Assembly: GCA_040389165.1 (NCBI GenBank) | Contig: JAZKAK010000012.1 | Coordinates: forward strand, 1-63,798 | Source of the DNA: Pseudomonadota bacterium | Lineage (GTDB): Bacteria; Pseudomonadota; Alphaproteobacteria; Paracaedibacterales; CAIOTO01 | DNA: 63,798 nt | Direction of reading: 5' to 3' | In this document: in pieces, positions 49,621-58,637 of the stretch | How positions within the stretch are numbered: the first letter of the stretch is position 1 | Layout of the letters: each line of letters opens with the position of its first letter | Position numbers and translations under genes: made by a program | Notes under the pieces: generated by a model | Seen by the model: only the letters and a program-made list of their open reading frames with translations | Told to the model about the DNA's origin: nothing | Databases searched by the model: none

Positions 49621-49668
49621 TGGTGCGCCCAAAGAGAGTCGAACTCCTAACCTTCAGATCCGTAGTCT
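49621..49668 (-). repeat. att direct repeat / 3' tRNA-Arg fragment (distal island boundary)
   Basis: TGGTGCGCCCAAAGAGAGTCGAACTCCTAACCTTCAGATCCGTAGTCT is identical to 60145-60192. Similarity stops exactly at both ends. Confidence 0.95.
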
Positions 49669-49785
49669 TAGAGTCATATGGTTACCCTCAATTACACACG
49701 TAGATAAAAAGCTCAAAAACCCTTATAAACTCTAACTTAATGCATAATTTATGTTTATGCAATCTTCCCTATTATTCTTTTTTGT

Positions 49786-49820
49786 GCTACCTATATGCTA
49801 CCTAGGATCTTCTAGGTAGC
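49786..49820. promoter_or_regulatory. GCTACCTA repeats (2 direct + 1 inverted) just upstream of int: candidate integrase arm-type sites or operator
   Basis: GCTACCTATATGCTACCTAGGATCTTCTAGGTAGC. A matching GCTACCTATGTGCTACCTAG sits at the other island end (60079-60100). Confidence 0.5.
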
Positions 49821-49832
49821 AGGATTATAGAT

Positions 49833-50987
49833 ATGGCTAAGCTAACAAAACGAATTGTTGAATCAACGTCACCGCAGGAAAAAGATATCCTTTTATGGGA
49901 TTCAGAACTAAAAGGCTTCTGCTGCAAAATAACGCCAGTGGGAAAGAGAAGCTACATGCTCTTTTACCGCACAGCAGATGGACGTCAACGAAAACCCTTA
50001 ATCGGGGCACATGGAGCCATCACGTGCGAACAAGCAAGAGATATTGCACAAAAATGGTTAAGTGAAGCAGCGCAAGGCAAAGACCCATCAGCAGAGAAGA
50101 AAGCCCTGAGAAGCAGCCCAACGATTAAAGAGCTATCACTAAAATATATGGTGGAGTACGCACCACACAAAAAAGCCTCCAGCAGTAAAGAGGATCAACG
50201 ATTATGGGACAAGCAGATCTTACCTGTTTTAGGCTCTTTCAAAGTTGCATCCTTAACAAGAGAAGATATTTTAAAGTTTCATCACTCACTAAAGCAGACG
50301 CCTATAACTGCCAACAGAGTTTTAAGCCTTCTTTCAAAAACACTGAATCTAGCCGAGCTGTGGGAATTTAGGCCTGATCATTCAAACCCTTGTCGCCACG
50401 TAAAGAAGTACGCCGAGAATAAGAGAGAACGTTTTCTTAGCCAAGAGGAAATTACACGACTTATGTCTGTATTGGATGAAGAAGAAAAAGAAGACAAAGA
50501 ATTGCCATCTGTTTTCCGCGCAATACGTTTATTGATTTTAACAGGATGTAGGTTGAATGAAGTTCTGACTTTGAGGTGGAGCGAGGTTGATCTTAAAAAC
50601 CAATGCTTTAATCTGTCTGATAGCAAAACAGGCAAGAAGACAGTGTATTTAGCACCTGCTGCCATCCAAGTGCTTAATTCAATTCCACGCATGGAGGGCA
50701 ACCCTTATGTAATTTATGGAAAGAAAGATGGAGCACATCTTGTTGGCCTGCAAAAGCCCTGGACGAGAATTAGAGAAAAAGCAGACCTCAATATAAGAAT
50801 TCATGATTTACGCCATACATTTGCTTCAGTAGCAGCGTCGAATGGCTTGTCACTGCCAATCATCGGCGCCTTGCTAGGACACAGACAGACCCAGACCACC
50901 CAGCGATATGCGCATCTTGTGGGTAAAGTACTTTTAGATGCATGTGAGATGATTGGAAAGCAACTGACCCTTGGCTCACGACATTGA
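49833..50987 (+). CDS. int: tyrosine-type site-specific integrase (P4-like, N-terminal arm-binding domain)
   Basis: The N-terminus (LTKRIVES..LLWDSELKGFCCKITPVGKRSYMLFYR) is like the DUF4102-type domain. Catalytic region: LILTGCRLNEVLTLRW, HDLRHTFAS, LGHRQTQTTQRYAH. Confidence 0.9.
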   Translation: MAKLTKRIVESTSPQEKDILLWDSELKGFCCKITPVGKRSYMLFYRTADGRQRKPLIGAHGAITCEQARDIAQKWLSEAAQGKDPSAEKKALRSSPTIKELSLKYMVEYAPHKKASSSKEDQRLWDKQILPVLGSFKVASLTREDILKFHHSLKQTPITANRVLSLLSKTLNLAELWEFRPDHSNPCRHVKKYAENKRERFLSQEEITRLMSVLDEEEKEDKELPSVFRAIRLLILTGCRLNEVLTLRWSEVDLKNQCFNLSDSKTGKKTVYLAPAAIQVLNSIPRMEGNPYVIYGKKDGAHLVGLQKPWTRIREKADLNIRIHDLRHTFASVAASNGLSLPIIGALLGHRQTQTTQRYAHLVGKVLLDACEMIGKQLTLGSRH

Positions 50988-51039
50988 CATTTTGTCGCCC
51001 TTAGGATACTATTATCTACAGCTAACCATAGAGATATAA

Positions 51040-51366
51040 ATGAATCATAAAAAAGTACAGATTTATAAAACACATAACGGCAGAGCGCCTTTTATCGATT
51101 GGTTAGAGGGCTTAGATAAAGTATCCAAAATTCGTGTACTGAAAAGAGTTTCACGTTTAGAAATAGGCAATTTGGGTGATTATAAAGTGATTGAAGCTGG
51201 ACTTTATGAATTAAGATTCTTCTTTGGCTCAGGCTATCGTGTGTACTTTGGAATGCTAGGAGATTGCGTTGTCGTGTTGTTATGTGGCGGCGACAAATCA
51301 CATCAAGCGGATGATATAAAAAAAGCAATGACTTATTGGAAGGAAGCACAAAATGAGATCATTTAA
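51040..51366 (+). CDS. type II toxin, RelE/HigB-like 'addiction module killer' (Gp49-like)
   Basis: 108 aa. APFIDWLEGLDKVSKIRVLKRVSRLEIGNLGDYKVIEAGLYELRFFFGSGYRVYF is typical of this family. 14-nt overlap with the next ORF. Confidence 0.75.
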   Translation: MNHKKVQIYKTHNGRAPFIDWLEGLDKVSKIRVLKRVSRLEIGNLGDYKVIEAGLYELRFFFGSGYRVYFGMLGDCVVVLLCGGDKSHQADDIKKAMTYWKEAQNEII

Positions 51367-51673
51367 TGAATACCTTATTGAACAATTAAAAGACCCCGAA
51401 GATGCCTGCTTTTATTTAAAAGAAGCATTACTCGATTTTGAGACAGATCATGACGCACAAGCATTTTTAAAAGCACTAAAAGATGTAACAGATGCACAAG
51501 GTGGTGTTGGCCAACTTGCTAAGAGAACGAATCTCAATCGACAGAATTTGTATAAGTTATTGTCAGCGAAGCGGCAGCCAAAAATTGAGACGCTTGGCGC
51601 AATTCTAGATGGGTTGGGTTTTCAGCTGAGTGTTGTGCCGAAGAGTAGTGCGGCAAATGTGGAATGTAGCTGA
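51353..51673 (+). CDS. HTH antitoxin ('addiction module antidote', HigA-like)
   Basis: 106 aa. GGVGQLAKRTNLNRQNLYKLLSAKRQPKIETLGAILDGLGFQLSV is an HTH plus the family-typical C-terminus. Confidence 0.75.
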   Translation: MRSFNEYLIEQLKDPEDACFYLKEALLDFETDHDAQAFLKALKDVTDAQGGVGQLAKRTNLNRQNLYKLLSAKRQPKIETLGAILDGLGFQLSVVPKSSAANVECS

Positions 51674-51768
51674 TTTGCAGGGGATCAATGATGAGATACT
51701 GCATTTGTTAAACAAGTGATTTTGGGATACTACGGAAAGATTGAAAATTATATCACGGAGAAGAGTGT

Positions 51769-53007
51769 ATGAGTTATCCACGCGAGAGCAGAGAAAATAA
51801 AACAAAAGAAGAGTTGAGCGACGAATCAAACACTCTAAAAATTAGAAAGTGCATTAAGAATGATAAATGGATACTTTTACGAGATATTCAAAAATCTTTA
51901 GATTTGTCAGCAGATCAAACAAATTCTGTATTATCAAAAATAATGCAGGACTTTTGGAGAGGAAAACATAACTTATACTCGTTACCACAATATTCTGATA
52001 TTTTTAGGGATCTAAATTTCCATAAATATAATTTAATTACTCTGACAAAAGAAATGCTTAGATCTTTATTGTCATCAGAATTAACTGGTCACAATAATCG
52101 AATAAAATCTCGACCTGATTTAATAACGACTCAATTAAATTGGAATAATGGTGACGATGATTTTTATGAAACATTTTATAGCTTAGAATGGAAAGATTAT
52201 CAACGTATTATTAATCGACTTAAACGAAATAACAGCAAAGTGTGCAAGCAAAGAGAAGAGAAGTTAGCTCAGTTAAAAGATGAGTTAGAGCAGTCAGGTG
52301 CTGCAATCGAAACAACAGATGATCATGCTAAATTAAGTGATTTGGCATCTAAAATTGATCATCTTACACATGATATTAATATACCAATGACTTCAGATTA
52401 CATAAAACTTTATACGCTTGATGCATTGGCGATGGAAATTAATGATTTTATACACTTTATGCGATCTCTTGTTGGAGGTGATAACCCGTTAAATATATTA
52501 AAAAGAACGATTGATAGTTTGGATAATATTATAAATTCAGACAAAACAAGACAAGGACATCAATTAGATAATGATTTTATTTTCTGTAGATATTTGGAAA
52601 TTCAAGAGGCTGCCATGAAAGTGCTTGGTGAACAAAAGAAAATTACAGAAATTGCAAAGGAAATATACAACATATACTTCAAAGGGGAAGAATCAAAAAT
52701 AAATTCATGCAGGTCAATAGAAAATATAATACACAGGCAGATAAAAATTGAAGTTGAAAAAAACGTAATAATAATGCGGGATAGAGACAATATTATGGGT
52801 AGTGATATTATAAGTACCCTGTCAAAATGGTTCTATATATCTCCAAGTTATATTGAAGATATGATTGCAACAATTGGTGATGAATCCCCTCATCCTGTCA
52901 ATTTATTATGGCTTGAATGGGATACTAGCACTAATGAGTTCGTTCACAAAAATCAAAATGCTCCCAATGAAGATATTGAAGATAGCATGCAAAATTTCCA
53001 ACGTTAG
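51769..53007 (+). CDS. hypothetical protein, AT-rich orphan in the int-proximal cargo slot
   Basis: 412-aa uninterrupted ORF, visibly more AT-rich than its neighbours and Asn/Ile/Lys-rich, followed by a hairpin terminator. No motif recognised. Confidence 0.65.
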   Translation: MSYPRESRENKTKEELSDESNTLKIRKCIKNDKWILLRDIQKSLDLSADQTNSVLSKIMQDFWRGKHNLYSLPQYSDIFRDLNFHKYNLITLTKEMLRSLLSSELTGHNNRIKSRPDLITTQLNWNNGDDDFYETFYSLEWKDYQRIINRLKRNNSKVCKQREEKLAQLKDELEQSGAAIETTDDHAKLSDLASKIDHLTHDINIPMTSDYIKLYTLDALAMEINDFIHFMRSLVGGDNPLNILKRTIDSLDNIINSDKTRQGHQLDNDFIFCRYLEIQEAAMKVLGEQKKITEIAKEIYNIYFKGEESKINSCRSIENIIHRQIKIEVEKNVIIMRDRDNIMGSDIISTLSKWFYISPSYIEDMIATIGDESPHPVNLLWLEWDTSTNEFVHKNQNAPNEDIEDSMQNFQR

Positions 53008-53051
53008 GTTTTTGAGCTAATTCTAGTAAAAAGCAATAATCAATATATTTC

Positions 53052-53086
53052 ACCATCAGTTCACTCATGGGACTGATGGTTTTTGT
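53052..53086 (+). terminator. rho-independent terminator candidate
   Basis: Stem ACCATCAGT / ACTGATGGT with an 11-nt loop, followed by TTTTT. Confidence 0.6.
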
Positions 53087-53374
53087 AAATAACCCCCCAA
53101 TAAATAAACAATAATTATGCTATTGCTAAATACGAGAGCTAAAATTATGCAGCATGCATAAAATTCTGAGCAGCCAAAATCATTCAATAATGAATGTTTT
53201 TAAATATTTTTATTTTTAAAATTTACAAATCTCCAAAAACCTCTCAAAACATCAATGATTCTGCCAAGTTAAAAGGCTTTACTAACTTTTCACCAATGGG
53301 TGATTCGTGCAAAAAGGAGGGTTATCTTAATAAGTATAAAGCAGATTAATGCGTAACTATTAGGAGATTTCAAT

Positions 53375-53626
53375 ATGACTCAACCAAAAACACTGTTAAA
53401 CGAAACTAAGGCAAGTGAAGTTGTCGGATTTACTACAGCAACACTGCGCAAGCGCCGCTGGCAAGGGCTGCCTCCACGCTTCTTAAAAGTTGGCTCGAAG
53501 GTTTATTACGACCACGATGACTTGCAAGAGTTTCTCGAGGGATGTCGCCGCACATCCACATCAGATCAAGGAGAACACAATAAAAAATCTGAAAAAGTTA
53601 TAGCAAAAAAGGGAGCTTTAACATGA
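53375..53626 (+). CDS. AlpA/excisionase-like HTH DNA-binding protein
   Basis: 83 aa. ASEVVGFTTATLRKRRWQGLPPRFLKVGSKVYYDHDDLQEFL. AGGAG lies 8 nt upstream of the ATG. First gene of a string of overlapping ORFs. Confidence 0.75.
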   Translation: MTQPKTLLNETKASEVVGFTTATLRKRRWQGLPPRFLKVGSKVYYDHDDLQEFLEGCRRTSTSDQGEHNKKSEKVIAKKGALT

Positions 53627-53856
53627 TAAGCCAAATTCATATTAGCTCTTTAAAATTGTCAGACAGTGAAATCAACACCCATGCGTTTGCAGAAAATATG
53701 CACCAAGCGGGCATCAGTTGTGCTGAACGTATTATAGCAGATGGCAAGCCACATCATTTCGTATCTTACGGTACAAATAGGGATTACTGCTACATCTTCG
53801 ATGGCACTACTGGGACATATGGAACAAGCACTACCGGAGAGCTTTATGCAAAATAA
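53623..53856 (+). CDS. small ORF with a primase-associated ADGK-H-F type motif
   Basis: 77 aa with an ATGA overlap with the upstream gene. IIADGKPHHFVSYG resembles the (A)DGKxHRF segment I recall from island and plasmid primases. Confidence 0.4.
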   Translation: MISQIHISSLKLSDSEINTHAFAENMHQAGISCAERIIADGKPHHFVSYGTNRDYCYIFDGTTGTYGTSTTGELYAK

Positions 53857-54241
53857 ATTCACAAAAGAAAATCCCGCTGCTGGTAACGGCGGGTTGCAAA
53901 ACAGGAAGTTCACCCCTAAATATAGCAATAATCTTATGCAAAATCAATCAAACATTAATTTTGACCGAGTAAAACAAGAGACAATGCCTCACGTTCTGGC
54001 GTTACTCAATCGCATATTGCCAGGGGGGAAAATACAACGACATGAGTATATTGCTTTAAACCCACGGCGCTACGATAGAAAGCCTGGCTCATTCAAATTC
54101 AATACACGCACAGGGAGATGGCAGGACTGGGCTACAGGTGACAGCGGCGGGGATTTGATTTCACTTTGGGCATATGTACGAAACATTAAGCAAATTGAAG
54201 CGGCAAGAGAAATGCTAGCCATTGTTGGGGGTGCATCATGA
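53846..54241 (+). CDS. primase N-terminal (zinc-finger-like, Cys-less) domain protein
   Basis: EYIALNPRRYDRKPGSFKFNTRTGRWQDWATGDSGGDLISLWAYV matches the NPxRxDxxPGSFxxNxxTGxWxD(F/W)A motif of P4-alpha-like island primases. I chose ATG 53846 rather than the track start at 53741 because it minimises overlap. Confidence 0.55.
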   Translation: MQNKFTKENPAAGNGGLQNRKFTPKYSNNLMQNQSNINFDRVKQETMPHVLALLNRILPGGKIQRHEYIALNPRRYDRKPGSFKFNTRTGRWQDWATGDSGGDLISLWAYVRNIKQIEAAREMLAIVGGAS

Positions 54242-56535
54242 TCGATATCACATCCCCCCTGACTGCAGAAGAGTCAGCAAACTGCTTACCTATACAGGGA
54301 AGAGATAAGGAGGATGGTGCACCTGTATTGCCTATTCCAGATAACATAGACCCAAAAACCATTCCTTCCATAATAAAAGCTACAAATCCTATAATTACTC
54401 CTTACAGATGCGATGATGGCGGTGTTGTTTTTTACATAGCCAGAACCGACAAAGATAAAGGAATGCCTTGGTGTTGGTGGCGACATCCTGATGGGCACGA
54501 GGGATGGAAATGCAAACAACCGCTAGATAACAACCGCCCCTTGTTGAATATACCTAATATCATTAAGAATATGAATAAATCCATTTATGTTGGTGAGGGC
54601 GAAAAATGCGCCATCGCTCTTCAAAAACTATTTCCCGAATGTGTCGCAGCAACCTCTAGCGGGGGTGCACTGGCAGCATTAAAAACAGACTGGTCTACTC
54701 TTCTCGGGCGCGATGTGATTCTGTTTTTGGACAACGACGATGCCGGAGTAGGTTATGGAGGGGCTGTATATCAGGGTTGCAAACAAGCTGGAGCGCAATC
54801 AATCAAGCAATATAACATGCAAATCTTTGCTCAATACGCCATCGAAAATGGAGTTATTGTTAGCCAAATACGTGAGCTCCCCGATAAATATGATATTGCC
54901 AATGCTCTGGACGAAGGCTGGACAGCTGAGCTGTTAAAGGAGCTTGAAGAGATGCTGCAGCAAAAGGGGTTGCAGCTAGTTACTGATTATCATCCAAAAT
55001 TTGTTTCTGCTGGCCTCTTTAATGACACGAACTGGCCAGATCCCTTACCAATCAAAACTGAGCTACTCCCGGTTGAGCCCTTCGATGTTTCACTGCTTCC
55101 CAAACCATTACAGAACTGGGTCATTGATATTGCACATCGCATGCAATGTCCAATTGATCAAGTTGCGATATCTGTAGTTGCTGTTGTCTCGAGTATTATT
55201 GGCTCACGTTGTGGAATCAAGCCTAAGCAGAATGATCCTTGGCTGGTAGTCCCTAACCTCTGGGGAATAATTATAGGAAAACCGAGCACATTAAAATCAC
55301 CCGCACTGGCAGAAGCGTTAAAACCATTGAATAACCTAGAAGCAAAAGCACGAGCTAAATATGACGAGCAGCTCAAAAACTATAGTATGGAAAGTGAGCT
55401 CAGCAAGATAACTCAGACTGTCTTTAAAAAACAAATTGAAAAGAAATTAGCACAGACTCAGGGGGCTATCTCTGAAGAAGAGAAGCAAACATACAAAAGC
55501 CTTGAGCAAACAGATAAACCTATATGCAAACGCTATAAGACCAATGATGCTACGGTTGAAAAAATGACAGAGTTGTTGTCGGAAAACCCGGGAGGTCTGT
55601 TATTATTCAGAGATGAATTAATGGGACTGTTTTCAAATTGGGATAAAGCCGGTCACGAGTCCGACCGAACCTTCTATCTCGAATCATGGAATGGCTTTGG
55701 CTCTCATACGACTGATCGTATTGGTCGAGGCACTACACATTGTAACAACATGTGTGTGTCAATACTTGGGGGCACACAACCAAGCAAATTATTAGGATAT
55801 CTGCATAAAGCTACTCGAAGCATAGACAACGATGGGCTGCTACAACGCTTTCAATTGTTCGTTTATCCTGATGAAATCCGCCAATGGAAATTGGTTGATG
55901 AAGCACCAAATAAGCCAGCGAGGGACAGAGTTTTTTATCTGGTTGAGGCGATCTCCACCTTAGACTTTACTTCATTAGGTGCGCGTACTGAAGAAAGTGA
56001 CACTATTCCATATTTTCATTTTTCAGAAGAAGCTCAGACTGTATTCAATGCATGGTTAATAGATCTAGAACTTAAAAAGCTTCGTGGAAATGATAATGAA
56101 GAGGAAATCATTATCGAGCATCTGGCTAAATACCGTAAGTTGATGCCTGCTCTTGCTCTGATTTTTCATATCCTCGACCTAGTTGATAGCAAAAACAGGG
56201 GGCAGGTTACATTGGAATCTGCAGAGCGTGCAGCTGCCTGGTGTGACTACCTAGAATCACATGCCAGACGCATTTATGGTTTGGCGCTGGATAAAACACA
56301 TGCGACTTCGGCCTTGTCTAAAAAGATTGAAAAACGTTCTTTAAAGGATGGCTTTACGACGAGAGAAGTGTATCGCAAGGGCTGGAGCATGCTCACAACA
56401 ACGGAAGACGTGCAAGATGCATGTGATGAGCTTATAGATGCCGGCTGGCTGAGGGAGCAATACACTGAATCACCTTTTGGTAAAGGAAAGACAGTTTACC
56501 TCATTAATCCCAAAATTTGGGGGCATCATGGGTAA
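54238..56535 (+). CDS. Toprim domain + DUF3987-type (YfjI-like) primase/helicase-related protein
   Basis: Toprim: IYVGEGEKCAIAL ... VILFLDNDDAG. The C-terminal two thirds resemble DUF3987 proteins of integrative islands (LPKPLQNWVIDIAHRMQCPIDQVAISVVAVVSSIIG). Confidence 0.75.
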   Translation: MIDITSPLTAEESANCLPIQGRDKEDGAPVLPIPDNIDPKTIPSIIKATNPIITPYRCDDGGVVFYIARTDKDKGMPWCWWRHPDGHEGWKCKQPLDNNRPLLNIPNIIKNMNKSIYVGEGEKCAIALQKLFPECVAATSSGGALAALKTDWSTLLGRDVILFLDNDDAGVGYGGAVYQGCKQAGAQSIKQYNMQIFAQYAIENGVIVSQIRELPDKYDIANALDEGWTAELLKELEEMLQQKGLQLVTDYHPKFVSAGLFNDTNWPDPLPIKTELLPVEPFDVSLLPKPLQNWVIDIAHRMQCPIDQVAISVVAVVSSIIGSRCGIKPKQNDPWLVVPNLWGIIIGKPSTLKSPALAEALKPLNNLEAKARAKYDEQLKNYSMESELSKITQTVFKKQIEKKLAQTQGAISEEEKQTYKSLEQTDKPICKRYKTNDATVEKMTELLSENPGGLLLFRDELMGLFSNWDKAGHESDRTFYLESWNGFGSHTTDRIGRGTTHCNNMCVSILGGTQPSKLLGYLHKATRSIDNDGLLQRFQLFVYPDEIRQWKLVDEAPNKPARDRVFYLVEAISTLDFTSLGARTEESDTIPYFHFSEEAQTVFNAWLIDLELKKLRGNDNEEEIIIEHLAKYRKLMPALALIFHILDLVDSKNRGQVTLESAERAAAWCDYLESHARRIYGLALDKTHATSALSKKIEKRSLKDGFTTREVYRKGWSMLTTTEDVQDACDELIDAGWLREQYTESPFGKGKTVYLINPKIWGHHG

Positions 56536-56977
56536 GTGGCTGACACATTTTTTACAGAAAACATGCCAAACAAGCACTGACAAAACTGACACGATGGCGC
56601 AAATGAGTGAAGCGTCAGTAATGTCAGCGAGTGCACTGGGCACTTTTGAGGAAAATAAAATGATTCTGAGTGATGTGTCAGTAATGTCAGCGCATGATCT
56701 GGGCACTTTTGCAAAAAACAATGCAATTTTAGGCGATGGCAAAGGTAAACAGCACGTCATCAACATGTCTTCTTACACCGATTTCTACAATGAAAGAGCA
56801 GCTATTTATGAGTTTGAGGCAAGAGATGTTGTAGGTAACAGACGCGAAGCAGAATGGCTCGCGATGAATGATGTTCTGGAGCAATTTATAGAGGATACAC
56901 AAACATCACTGCAGAGTAAAAAGATACCGACGTTTTTATATAATATGTACGAAGCAACACAGTTTAATTTAAAGTAA
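56528..56977 (+). CDS. hypothetical protein (overlaps a repeat-rich, possibly cis-acting region)
   Basis: ATG 56528 overlaps the primase stop. The protein has an internal repeat SVMSA..LGTF. Coding status is uncertain. Confidence 0.4.
   Translation: MGKWLTHFLQKTCQTSTDKTDTMAQMSEASVMSASALGTFEENKMILSDVSVMSAHDLGTFAKNNAILGDGKGKQHVINMSSYTDFYNERAAIYEFEARDVVGNRREAEWLAMNDVLEQFIEDTQTSLQSKKIPTFLYNMYEATQFNLK
56614..56711 (+). repeat. two ~35-bp direct repeats with a 63-bp period, plus clustered CTGACA/TGTCAG hexamers
   Basis: GTCAGTAATGTCAGCGAGTGCACTGGGCACTTTTG (56614) and GTCAGTAATGTCAGCGCATGATCTGGGCACTTTTG (56677). Additional CTGACA at about 56541, 56578 and 56586. Confidence 0.8.
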
Positions 56978-57115
56978 ATTTTATTTAAATAATTACCATG
57001 AATCAATGATATGTTATAATTTTGCAATAGATTGAATTGACGAAAATTATTTATACTAAGGTTTGACACGACAGACAACGTTTAATAACGATAAATTAAC
57101 GGTAAATGCATTCTT

Positions 57116-57571
57116 ATGAGAGGAATTACACGTATGCAAAAATCACATGCCTTTCAGCCAGGTAATAATTTTGGAAAAGGCAGACCTGCTGGCAGCAAAA
57201 ATAACGCGCAATTGTTTTTAGAAAAAGTAGGAAGCGAACATGGGGAGGTTATATTGACCAAAGTAATAGAGCAGGCTTTAGCAGGTGACTTACACGCACA
57301 AAAGCTTATCCTAGACCGTATATATCCAATTCCCAAAGCACGCAACTTTATTACAAGCGCTAACCTGAAAAACATCCGCACACAGGCTCACATTAATGAG
57401 GCTATGACAGCAATATTAGACCAAGTTGGTGATTCCAGACTTTCATTGGAGGAAGGACATGAAGCGGTCAAGTTGATTGAAGCTAAAGCCGTCTCTATTC
57501 AGAAATGTATGAATGAAGAGTTAGAGTCTATCAGAGCTAGGCTGACTGAATTACAAGGAAACTCACATTAG
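57116..57571 (+). CDS. DUF5681-like phage-related protein
   Basis: The N-terminal FQPGNNFGKGRPAGSKN resembles the GNPxGRPKGSKN signature I associate with DUF5681 phage proteins. The start may be ATG 57134. Confidence 0.55.
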   Translation: MRGITRMQKSHAFQPGNNFGKGRPAGSKNNAQLFLEKVGSEHGEVILTKVIEQALAGDLHAQKLILDRIYPIPKARNFITSANLKNIRTQAHINEAMTAILDQVGDSRLSLEEGHEAVKLIEAKAVSIQKCMNEELESIRARLTELQGNSH

Positions 57572-57746
57572 GCCATATCCAAATTGCTAGATTCTATCCA
57601 TAAAATAAAGTGAGAGGGATAACATATATTTATCTCTCTCGTTACCATGTGAAAAGAACATATACACAATCAAATTCACGTAAAAATACAACACTCACTT
57701 TTATTATATATTTGTTTTTATATTAAAGTCAGAATAAAGTTAACAA

Positions 57747-57771
57747 GGGAGGTTTTCCCCCTCCCCTTTTT
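57747..57771 (+). terminator. rho-independent terminator candidate
   Basis: GGGAGG-TTTTCCC-CCTCCC followed by CTTTTT. Confidence 0.6.
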
Positions 57772-57852
57772 ATGTTTAACACAATTGCATCAATGAATAT
57801 GTAAAGCTAAATCCATTGTTTTATCTCGCAGATATTTTAGGTTATTTCCGTT

Positions 57853-58551
57853 TTAGAATCTGTACGCAACGCCTGCTTTAAATGAATGAGACGTATACTT
57901 AACTGAGTAGTTTCCTGTCGCATTATCTCCTGGATTACTATGAACTGAAATCTTATTACCAAAACCATAATCGTAACTTATAGTCACTAAAAGGTTATTA
58001 TGAACAGCCTTTGTAATGCCAATTCCTGGTACAAATGTAAACTTTGTTTTGCGTGAGGTTGTGTCGCGTGACTCAGCATCAATTTCAATGCGATCTCGGC
58101 TAATTTCTACGCCTGGTTTAATAAACGCCATGTATGACTCCGCAAATACAATGCCTAATCTAGGAGCAAAGCCGAGCACGGGGCTGCGGTTGTATCGTAC
58201 TTTCACAGGTAAAGATCCATTGCCGCTATTTGAGGAAATGAGCACACTGTAATTTTCATCTTCACTTGCTGTGTCATGGTGCAAACTAATTTCTCCACCC
58301 AAGTAAACGCCACTTGTTACATATCCATAACCAGTCATCAATCCATAGTTAAAGGCATTGATACGTTTTGATTTTTGCGCATTTGCATTGAAGGGTGTTC
58401 CATTCTCAATACCAGTCACATTCATGGAAAAAGTCTGATTCCTTTGTGTATAACCTGCAGAAGCTCCAAGATAAAGGCCATCGAAAGGGGTAGAATTAGC
58501 AATAACGGAACATGCTGCTGTGATAAGCGGCACGGTAAATATTTTTTTCAT
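57853..58551 (-). CDS. island-borne small outer membrane beta-barrel protein
   Basis: Signal peptide MKKIFTVPLITAACSVIANS, alternating beta-strands, C-terminal ..FKAGVAYRF. Same general type as 36042-36827. Confidence 0.75.
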   Translation of the reverse strand: MKKIFTVPLITAACSVIANSTPFDGLYLGASAGYTQRNQTFSMNVTGIENGTPFNANAQKSKRINAFNYGLMTGYGYVTSGVYLGGEISLHHDTASEDENYSVLISSNSGNGSLPVKVRYNRSPVLGFAPRLGIVFAESYMAFIKPGVEISRDRIEIDAESRDTTSRKTKFTFVPGIGITKAVHNNLLVTISYDYGFGNKISVHSNPGDNATGNYSVKYTSHSFKAGVAYRF

Positions 58552-58637
58552 TTTGTTATCCTTTTAAAAAAAATTAGTGCAATCGTAAGAGCTCCGTTCA
58601 AGTCTCAAATCACATTAACCTATACACAGATTCTCGT

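Noticed and set aside
53741-53845. Longer version of the primase N-terminal domain ORF starting at 53741.
   Set aside because: It would overlap the 53623-53856 ORF by 116 nt. ATG 53846 overlaps the upstream stop by only 11 nt and precedes the recognisable motif. This is uncertain, so it is reported with moderate confidence only.
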